Made by a program: the position numbers and the translations under genes
NCBI RefSeq assembly: GCF_006345805.1
Contig: NC_043000.1
Span: 126,232,001 to 126,296,000, forward strand
Direction of reading: 5' to 3'
DNA: 64,000 bases
Source: Octopus sinensis
Lineage: Eukaryota
Shown here: piece after piece, positions 1 through 11,300 of the stretch
Numbering within the stretch: position 1 is the stretch's first letter
Layout: each line of letters starts with the position of its first letter
The notes under the pieces: model-generated
Database searches by the model: none
What the model was told of the DNA's origin: nothing
What the model saw: only the letters and a program-made list of their open reading frames with translations

Positions 1-1158
1 GAAGTAATATATAATAATAGTAAAAATAACAACAAAAAGGATTAATTTTTAGTGAAATTGTAAATTATTACAAGCCACAGCCATGAAATATCAAAGCAAT
101 GAATACAAACATACTATAATATTGATGAAATATAATTTTTTTTATTAATTAATTATGAATTATATAATATAAAAAGTACTTAAATTTAATAAATACAGAG
201 TAAACAAAAGTTGGAAGAAATAAAGATATTTGTGTTTAAAGTGTGATGGGAGGAGGGGAGGAGCAGAGAAGAAGAAGGAAAAAGCCAAAACTGAAACTAA
301 AGTCGAACAGTTTTAATTACTTTCATTTATTACTCATTCATTCTCTTTCAATAAATATATTTAAATGAATTTAATAATTCATTAATTTTAAAATTAGATT
401 TCCCTAAATATCAATATATAGAAACCAGTTTTAAGTCTTGGAAAAACATTTAAAAAAAAAAATGATTAACAATAGTTTATTATGTCTGTTGTGCAGTTTG
501 AGAAAGAAATCTCAGCGATAAAATACATAGCAGTTTAAGCAAACGTATTGCAGGAAAGCTCACCATTCCCATATAATTAAAACACATAATTTACATACAT
601 AAAAAAAAAAGGTTTGTTAGTATATTTCTGTACAAACACACAATCATACACTTATTCAAGAGACACATTATTAGTAGGTATTATGAATTACATAACATTA
701 ACACCCGACTATTGTTTCATTTTTATATTTTACATCCATAGTCCACTAAAGCCAAAACAAAACATTGATATTTAACAAAGAAACAAAAGAAATTGATGAA
801 AATGGTAAATTTGCTGTCAGACTTTTAGATCAACAGAAAAAAAAAGGAAAAAAAAACACGAAATAGACACAAGAAAAAAGAAAAACAAATATTCAGATTT
901 GTACAAGTGCCAAATACAGGTAAAAATGTCCAATTTATAAGCACTGGTGACAGATGCCTTTTTACAGTGGAAATAGGAACAGAGATCAAAATGTTTTCAA
1001 GTAAATGGCTTGTATGTTGGGGCATATTCCAAGCAGCAGGAAATATGAAAATGATGTTGGCTTTGAGGAAAGAATTAAATCAAAGAATATATCCCAGTCA
1101 AGTGTTTTCCTTTTTCAAGAATATTTAAGCATTCAGCTCTGGAACAATCTAAATCCTT
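1..1158 (-). other. Probable sortilin 3' UTR (end not determined)
   Basis: Follows the stop codon; repeat-free and AT-rich; several minus-strand AATAAA hexamers (near 140, 327, 478), none distinguishable as the real site. Confidence 0.55.
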
Positions 1159-1173
1159 TTATTGAAGTAATTC
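1159..1173 (-). CDS. SORT1: Sortilin last coding exon: ELLQ*
   Basis: Long pyrimidine tract ttctttttctctgtttttgcag, then GAA TTA CTT CAA TAA; completes DEELL (DxxLL), like human DLLE*. Confidence 0.88.
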   Translation of the reverse strand, partial: ELLQ

Positions 1174-4100
1174 CTGCAAAAACAGAGAAAAAGAATATAT
1201 GTTAACCAAAAGTTGAAATAAGTTGTAAAAGATACAATTTCATCTGTGTAAAAACAATGTCAGTTTGGCAAAAAATGTTTGTGTGACACTTGAAGTAGTG
1301 ATGTACATTAATAAATTAACTTTAGATCTATTCAAATATGTTTGGGACATATTTAACCTTGTAAAGAGGCATTTTCACTGTGGTTTGTCACGGGGAAGAA
1401 AATTTTCTGCTTGAGACAAAAGATGTTAAAAATACCAAAGTCAGTTCCAAGCACCACCTAAGGACTGGTAAATTAATTTCTAGCTTCTTAGTTGTCTTCA
1501 GCACCAGATACCAAGCAAAGCAACTCTGAAATGATTGGAGGATTTTGCTTCCTTCTAAGTCAGAAGAAAGAATCTACTGATTGCATGCACACACACACAC
1601 ACACACATACCTCACACAAACACTGTAACTTCTGCAACATAATAATCCTTTCTATTGTAGGAACAAAATCAGAAATTTGAGAGAGGGTGCTAGTTGATTA
1701 CACTAATCCTAGTACATAGCAGGGCTGTTGCCAGTGCTGCTGGACTGGCTCCTGTGCAGGTGGCATGTAAAAGCACCCACTACACTCTCAGAGTGGTTGA
1801 CGTTAGGAAGGACATCCAGCTGTAGAAACTTTGCCAGATCAGATTGGAGACTGGTACAGCCTTCTGGCTCACTGGCCCTCAGTTAAACTATTAAACCCAT
1901 GCCAGCATGGTAAGTGGGCATTAAACGACGATGATGATGATATCCATAGGCTTCAGCCCAAAAGTCCTCTGGAAAAAGCCAGTTAATTGATCCCTCCCAA
2001 CAGCCAGAGTTGAGATTATGGTTCTTGGCTGCCACTAATCCCCTTCCACAGACTGCATTGCTTGACAGGCAGAGGACAGTGAGTGCTTGCTAACACTCCA
2101 GATGCCAAGCCCTTTCTTGGTTTATGCTTGATCCATGGCTGTAGTTCCATTAATGAGATTAGTTTTGAAGCACTGGCGATGGTGCCATGCAAAAAAGAAC
2201 TGGGCTGTCACCATGTAAAAAGCACCTTATATACACTGTAATGTGGTTGGCATTAGGAAGGGTATCTAGCTGTAGAAACCAAGCCAAACAGACTATACAC
2301 CCTGGTGCTGATCCTGGCCTTGCCAGCTCCAATCAAATTATTCAACCAATGCTAGCATGGAAAATGGAAGTGAGACGATTATGGTGATGAATGTAACTAT
2401 ATAATGGAATTGAACAGAATTTCCAAAATCAAATCTAAGAAAGAAACCACTTAAACAGTAATAAACTTGGTGGATATCAAATGATAGTTTAAGCAATGTA
2501 TAATGATAATTCTTAAAAAATTAAGCCAAAATCTTACCTCATCATCTGAATAGTCACCAAAAGTAAGCTTTTGTGAAGACAGTGCAGATTCTACTTGTGA
2601 TTCAATTTCATCTTCAGGTTGGTTTAATAGTGAATATCTGTAGACAACTTTGCTGAAAAGGTAAATTTAAAAAAAACATTAAAATATTAAAAGACTCATG
2701 GTTTTCAGTCAATTATGCTACGCTGGCTATTACAACCATGTACCCTCCTCAAATGTCTGTCTGTCTCTCTCTCTGTTATGGGGACTTATTCGAGGTAGCA
2801 TTTCATAGCTGGCAATGACCAAGACCTTTGGCATTATGTTGTGCTTGAGAAGAAGATCCATCAAGCTGAGCAAAATTGCTGTCATGGCAGATACCAGTGT
2901 CACGCAAATGGCACCTGTGCCAGTGACATGTAAAAGCATCCATTGCACTCTTGGAGTGGTTGGCATTAGCAAGCTATAGAAAACCATGCCAAATCAGACT
3001 GGATCCTGGTGCAACCTTCCCGTGTGCCAGCCCAGTCAACCTGTCCAACCAATGCCAGCATGGACAATGGATGTCAAATGATGATGATGGTGATGATGAT
3101 TCCTTCTTTGTTGCTAACCCCTATCTCTTTTTCAAGTAAGGGATTTTTAGATAACTAATCTGATTGTACAGAGCGACCAGTCAAAATATGAAGAAGAAAT
3201 GTAAATATCACATCCCCATTTCACTCAGATGGCAACAAGCAAACACAATCAGTGCTAACATTTATATACACAGAGATTTCCATACAATTCCCATCTATAA
3301 ATTCTACCCACGAAGACAGTGGTTAGTTCAGGGCTATAGTAGAAGACATGTGCTCAAGGTGCTGCCTGGCTCTCCATTGGTTATTATAACAAGTGTTTCA
3401 TTTAATTTGATCATTGGAACAGCTTGCTTGCAAAATTAATGTGCAAGTGGCCGAATAATCCAGACACACAAATCCTTAATGTAGTTCTCAAGGAGGTTCA
3501 GCCTAACACAGAGTGTGACAAGGTTGGCCCCTTTGAATTACAGGTATTATTCATTATTACCAGCTAAATGGACTGGAGCAATGTGAAATAAAATGTCTTC
3601 TGAAAGACGCAATATGCTGCCAGGAATTGAACTCAAGATCTTATGATCATGAACCAAATATCCTAACCACTAAGCCACAAAGGTGCTGCACGATAGGACT
3701 GAACCCAAAACTATGTGGTTGCTGAGAAAACTTTATAACCACTCCACCACATATGCAACTATTATAATTAACTAAATTTACTTGTTACAATATATGAGTT
3801 TCAAACTCAGATAAAACCCCTCAAATTGGGGCAGAAGGTGAGAAGTTAGTTAAAATGACATCAGTACCAAACTGGCACTTATTTTATTGGCCCAAGAAAG
3901 ATGAAAGGCAAAGCCAACTTTAGCAGGATTTGAGCTCAGAACATAAGGAAACGTTATCTAAATCCCCTTGTGGCATTTAGTATTTTGTTTGTTGCTCAAC
4001 TAATCCTACCAATTCACCAACCCTTAATTATTTTAGTATCAAACAATAAAGTAAATTAGCAAACTTATAGGCGCAGGTGTGGCTGTGTGGTAAGTAGCTT

Positions 4101-4233
4101 GCTTACCAACCACATGGTTCCAGGTTCAGTCCCACTGCGTGGCACCTTGAGCAAGTGTCTTCTACTATTAGCCTTGGGCCGACCAAAGCCTTGTGAGTGG
4201 ATTTGGTAGACGGAAACTGAAAGAAGCCCGTCG

Positions 4234-4284
<51 letters not shown>

Positions 4285-7200
4285 TTGTGTGTCTATGTTT
4301 GTTCCACCCAACATCACTTGACAACCGATGCTGGTGTGTTTACGTCTCTGTAACTTAGCAGTTCGGCAAAAGAGACCGATAGAATAAGTACTAAGCTTCC
4401 AAAGAATAAGTCCTGGGGTCGATTTGCTTGACTAAAGGCGATGCTCCAGCATGGCCGCAGTCAAATGACCGAAACAAGTAAAAGAGTAAACATGACCATG
4501 AAAATTCTGAATTTTTATGTTTAAAAAAGATTGGGTTTAAAACAGATTGGTAAAGAAAGACACACCCACAAAAAGTTATGTTTTAATATATAAAGAAAAT
4601 ATGTCTTACTGTCTGCGTAAAAGGCATAACTTGTGAATGAAAAATATTGACATAGCAAGAACTAAAACAAGGATGACCACAACAATGGCAGCTACAACAT
4701 AATTTGCTGCAGACTCTGACAAGGGCAGATAGATCTGAAATTAGATGAAGTAAATGATATATTATTTCACATGTTAAAATATAATTACTTATATTTTTGG
4801 AATAGTGGATCCCGAAGCAGATGATAAAGCTATAACTAATAATATATAAATACTGAGCTGAAGAACACATTTTGGATAGAGAAAAAAATGTCAAAGGCTG
4901 CCTTTGATTTTATATCAAAAACGGATATTACAACACAATATTTATATGTCATTAGTTATAGCTTTATAATCGACTTTGAGATCCACTATTCAAAGAAAAG
5001 AACTTTTTTCACATTCTCTCGAAAGTTTATAAATTACGATGGCAACTTCTATATTATTTAATTTAACAATTTTATTTATTTATTTAGTTTGCAACTTGTG
5101 CAAGGGAGATAATTCTACAGGACTGAAGTCTTGAGGTGTGAAGCATGATATCGTTAATTCAAGCCACATAACGATCGTATATCGATAGAACATTCTCAGG
5201 CTTGAACTAATCACTTCTTCCAAATTCTAGCTTGATCAAACTCTGCCATTAGACCCTTTCAAAATCAACTTAATGGGCTTGATTTCTGACAAAACTCAAC
5301 TCTCGTTTTCACTACGTTTTTCCTCATGTTTTCAATCTAAAGAAGAATTCTCTAGTAACATATATCACCGTGATAACCGTGATCGACCAGGCTATCAAAT
5401 GTTGCTACACATCGCTGGTCACAATGCGCTTCGCATTGCTTTAGCCTTCAAATGACGCCACCCCGTTGGCTAAGCGCGCAGGTCAACAGAAGAAAGAGAG
5501 AAAATTGTGGTGAAAGAGTACAGCAGGGATCGCCACCACCCCCTGCCGGAGCCTTGTGAAGCTTTAGGTGTTTTCGCTCAATAAACACTCACAACGCCCA
5601 GTCTGGGAATCGAAACCATGATCCTACGACCGCGAGTCCGCAGCCCTAACCACTGGGCCATTGCACCTCCACAGTAACATAAGATAATTTTTATATAGAT
5701 ATGCAGTGTCTTTTGCCTGAAATTTTCATATTCACATATTTATTAATGGTAGCTTATTTAGAGGGGAAAAAAATCACTTATTGTGCATATGCAAAATATT
5801 TGACAAAATGGCAACTGATAGAGAGCACTCGCTGCATAAGAATTGCGAGAACGAGAGAGGTAATGGCAGATGAAATGGGATCTAAAAGAAGTAAATTACT
5901 TACAAGTTGTATTCTGGAATGACATAGAACACCCAAGTCTATTTTCTTAGTGTTTGGTTTAAAACATTTCGAATTTTCACAAGAACATTTATCACCAGGA
6001 ATTTTTCTATATCTGCAAGAAATGGAAACAAAAACAGCTTTACATTTAAGAAAGACATATCTTTTTTATTTTTTACTTGTTTCAGTCTGCAGCCATGCTG
6101 GGGCACCACCTTAAAGGATCTTAGTCAAATGAATCAACCTCAGTACTTCTTTTTTCTAAAGCCTGATATTATTCTATCAGTCTCTTTTGCTGAACTGCTA
6201 AGTTAAAGGCACATAAACATCAATGCCAGTTGTCAAGTGGTAGATGGGGACAAACACACACACAAACATACAATAAACTTCTTTCAGTTCCTGTGTACCA
6301 AATTCACTCACAAGGCTTTGGTTGGCCTGAGGCTATAGTAGAAGACACCTGCTCAAAGTTCCTTTCAATGGGACTGAACCCAGACCATGGCACTGGGAAG
6401 CAAGCTTCTTACCACACAGCTATGCCTGAAGAATATATTTTATAGTATCTGATTTAATCCTTTAATAGTCAGCTCTGTCAAATGAAAAGCTTACTTATTC
6501 ACATTGTTTTGAATTAATCATGCATTATCTCATGGTTACAATATCTTGATGTGATTCTTAATTTTCTAGAATGATATTGTAGGGCAGGTGTGCAAGGCTG
6601 GATCTGACTGCTTTGAACATAAAACATGGAAAATATTTTGGCTGGATGTGGCCAGTTTAAACTTACCCTTCACTAACTATTTTCTCTTCATGACCTCGTA
6701 TACATATATCTATATCCCGACCAACTGGAACACCTCGCTTGCAATTCTGATTCATATCAGCTTCATAACCATAGTCACTAGAATAAAATAAAATATATAA
6801 TATTCATAAATGATGGTAATGCAGGACACAGATGTGTTATTGTTGATTACTGATGTGTTCTAAAGCTACAGTATTGGTTTCTACAACAAGAATTAAACTA
6901 TCATTCAAGACAAGATTCTTTGTAATAGTATCATCTCTATGGTCTGTATCTTGGAAGAAATTCAAACAGAATCTTTTCTTTTTTTCTATAATTTTTATTT
7001 TAATTTTACTGTTATCAATGGAGAATGGAGTAAGTGGAGCAAGAACACATTTAAATGAAAAATGTTGGTGAAGAGGTCACAGATGTGTGACGAAAGATTT
7101 GTGGACAATGGACATGAGCTAAAATAATACAATAAAAACAGTAATAAACGAGTGAAGAAAAAAAATATATAGTGCATGTGTTTATTTGGTAAAAAAAAAA

Positions 7201-8186
7201 AGGGAAATGACCATCACAAAATACAATGTGCACATCGATATGCATAGTAAATCCCTACAGTCCTTCTAAACTTCCCTCAGGTTGGGTAACCATATATCTC
7301 CTTTGCAGCAGCACATCTGTTTCTGTCCTCATTGCTAATCTCTCTCTCTCTCTCTGGCCAGGTAACCTTGTACCTCCTCTACAACAAGACACCTGTTTCT
7401 GTCTCTCTCTGTCTCACTATAACCTTTCATCATCTGACACAAGATCATCTCCTCCAATGCCCCCTACCCATTCAAAAGATTTTTGTCTTATAGGTTACTT
7501 GGTGGTCCAGTCAGTGTAGACGCTACTTAGAAAGCATCCAGTCTACACTGTAACGTGGTTGGTGTTTGGAAGCTGTAAATCCTTGTCAAAACTGACCTCA
7601 CCTGTGCTTGTGCCACGTACAAAGCACTAAGTCCACTAAGCTTGGTGGTTGGTGTTAGGAAGGGCATCCAGCTGTAAAAATCCTCCCAAAATAGTCATAG
7701 AAGTCTGGTGCAGGCTTCTGCCAAACCATCCTACCCATGCCAATATGGAAGGCAGACGTTAAACAATGATGATGATGATGATACCATCCTACCCATGCCA
7801 ATATGGAAGGCAGACGTTAAACAATGATGATGATAATGATGATAATAAATATATATATATATATATATATATTCTAACCACTAGGTTCATGGCCTAGAGG
7901 TTAAGGTGGTGCACTCACGATCATAAAGTTGTGGTTTCAATTCCCGGACTAGGTGGTACATTGTGTTCCTGGGCAAAATACTTCACCTTTTGTTGCCCTG
8001 CAATCACTTTGACACTTGATATGTGGTACATTGTGCACCTGTTCAGGTAACATTGATTTGATGGAGGAAGTGATCACCATAAACAAATTATTTGTGCAGG
8101 TCATTCAACAAAAACTGAACCCTCATACCTTGTCTTTGACAGGAGATTCCGTCACACACACATACACATATATGTATGTGTGTATG

Positions 8187-8245
<59 letters not shown>

Positions 8246-8252
8246 TATATAC

Positions 8253-8321
<69 letters not shown>

Positions 8322-8346
8322 ATACATACACATATATGTATGTGTG

Positions 8347-8392
<46 letters not shown>

Positions 8393-11300
8393 CATATATA
8401 TACATATATATATCATCATCATTTAATGTCCGCCTTCCATACTAGCATGGGTTGGACGATTTTGACTGAGGGCTGGCAAACCAGACGGCTGCACCAGGCT
8501 CCAATTTTGATCTGGCAGAGTTTCTACAGCTGGATGCCCTTCCTAACGCCAACCACTCTGAAAGTGTAGTGGATGCTTTTTATGTGCCACCAGCACGGGG
8601 CCAGTCAAGTGGTACCGGCAATGACCTCACTCGAATCTTTTTACACATGCCAGTAAGACGACGTTGGTAACAATCACACTCGAATGGTGCCCTTTAACGT
8701 GCCGCCAGTACAGAGCCAGTTGGCTGCTCTGGCAACGATCACGCTCGGATGGTGCTCTTGGCACCCTATATATATATAGAAAGAGAGAGAGAGAGAGAGA
8801 AAGGGAGGGAAGGAGAAAGAGATATTCATAATTTCTGTGTGTTTGCACATAGGCGTATGTGTAATATATTGTAATAAGCATAACAAAATACTGACTTATA
8901 AAAATGATAAATATTTATAGACGAAATGTTTACTAACCATTGATAATCTGACCGTGTACATGGACACACTTTTGTTTCATTCTTATTTATATGATTCTGG
9001 CCGTTGTAACACCTACAAGACAGATAAATTATCAAACAAGAATAGTTCGGAGAAATGAACAAGAAAATATTTTTGAACCAAAAAAGCACAGAGAAAAAAA
9101 AAAGGCCAAAATAAACTTTTAATAAACTATTAAATTTCAGCTTCTTTTAAAGTTTAGTCAGTATACATTACTTACTAAAGGTCACCAAAATTAGTTGAGG
9201 AGCTGGGGAAGAGAAAAAAAATAAAATAAAACCAAGAGTTTTGGGTTGCTAAAGTAACATGTAGAAAATCAGAATATCAAGATGTCCTCCAGCCTGAACT
9301 GTGTTAATGTTAAAAGCATTTGATGAGCAAAAGCAGTGGAGTTAAGTGACAATATTAGGTCAATCACCCAAAAATCGGTACAATATCACAAGCTTCTGCA
9401 AAAGTTCTGTCTACACTGTCTTGGATGTAAGGGTATGTATGAAGACACATACTTAACACTGCCTACCATAGGAGTCACTGGTGATCCCTTAAGCTATAGT
9501 CTTAATATACCATGGGAGTCACTGGTGACTCCCAGTGGCAATGTCTTTTTGCAGAGCCTTACATTGCTGTAGTTCAAACTACATTATTTAAATCTTAAGA
9601 AATGTACAGAATGCATGTTTCTTTGTTTCTCAGATGGTTTTGAATTTGAAACAATAGAAGCTGAGATAGAACATAGAAGGGTGCAAGTCACTGACATCTC
9701 CATATATGGAGTGCTGCCCTCTATGAAATAATTTTTGTGAAAAAGGAGCCATTAAGACTTACATAAGATGATCTGTAAAAAATTATAACTGGGAAAAGAA
9801 AATCCCAAAATGGAAGTATAATGGACATTTTAACACTTTAATGTGTTTCACTGATGACTACTACAGTACAGAATGAATATATTTGTTTTGTATTACAAAA
9901 CTCATATGTGGTACCCATGCTATGAATAAACATGGTACTTTTTTACTTGTTTCAGTCATTTGATTGTGGCCATGCTGGAGCACCGCTTTTAGTCGAGCAA
10001 ATCAACCCCAGGACTTATTCTATCGGTCTCTTTTGCTAAACCGCTAAGTTACGGGGACGTAAACACACCAGCATCAGTTGTCAAGCAATGTTGGGGGAAC
10101 AAACATATACACACACATACATATATATATATATGATGGGCTCCTTTCAATTTCGCTCTATCAAATCCACTCACAAGGCTTTGGTCGGCCTGAGGCTATA
10201 GTAGAAGACACTTGCCCAAGGTGTCACGCAGTGGGACTGAACCCAGAACCACGTGGATGGTAAGTAAGCTACTTACCACACAGCCACTCCTGTGCCTATG
10301 GTAGTTGATATAGTTTTTTAAAAAATTAGAGAAACACCCCACCAACAAAAAACACAATTTATAACAATATTAGACCACTGATGCAAAAGAAATCATGGTG
10401 TAATATAGGGTTGAGTGCCACACAGTGGGATCAAACCAGGAACCAAATGGTTACAAAGTAAATCTCTTAATTACATGCCCATGTAATCAAAAACAGAAAA
10501 ATGGGTGGGGTGAGAATAAAACTCAACTGCCCTGGGTTAATTAGTGGGCAACATCAATTGACACCTGAGAGTCTACTTTGTCAAATGTATCTAAGTTTAA
10601 GTGGCTGTTATTAATGGGAGAAATTCGCAACTGGAATGTTTATACAGAAATGGGAAAAGATTTTCTGACTTTCCCTCACCATCAGATGAGGTAGATGATG
10701 CTCTAAGTAGCACAGAAGAAAGTAATGATTCAACCAGATCTGGATGCACCAATTTTTCTCCATTTGTACATTCATTTGACAACAACAATAACATAGGAAT
10801 CTCACATGAATTTATGTTCAAATGATTTTGTTGCTCTTTTGTATTTTTTATATATATAATCTAAGAGAATCAAAATATCATTTTCATAGTTTCTGTACCT
10901 ATTTAAAGTGAAATTAAGTATAACTATTACCCTTAAATAAAAAAAAAAAGATGTATTTTTTCCTCTTTGCTCACTTGTCACACACACAAGCAATGGTTTC
11001 CTGCCATTTAAGGGTTAATAACTGATCCAATCAATCTGCAGTTTTAGATGCAGAGACAGTCATACTGGCAAATTATTAAATGGAACAGATATTATTTTCA
11101 TTCTCAGATGCAGTTTCAATTTACTATAGTGCTTCAAATAATGAAACCATTTAACCCTTTCGTTACTATATTTCTGACCAAAATACACCCCTTATGTGTT
11201 TCAATTAATTTCTAACGTAATCATAAATTTAGTCTGGTTTCATTAAGCAACTATAACTTTTTTATTTATCAATAAATTAACGTGAATCTTGGAAGATAAT

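Noticed and set aside
5600-5672. tRNA-Arg-like sequence (and other SINE heads)
   Set aside because: No acceptor-stem closure; continues into SINE body; many diverged copies
6852-6949. Exon-like open frame [32 protein letters not shown] on minus strand
   Set aside because: Phase 1 start cannot fit between w14 and w15 (phase 2-2), which already join as YQC-DYG
8123-8569. YIYIYI-type ORFs here and at 4103, 31388, 41153, 50143
   Set aside because: Translations of (TA)n/(CA)n microsatellites
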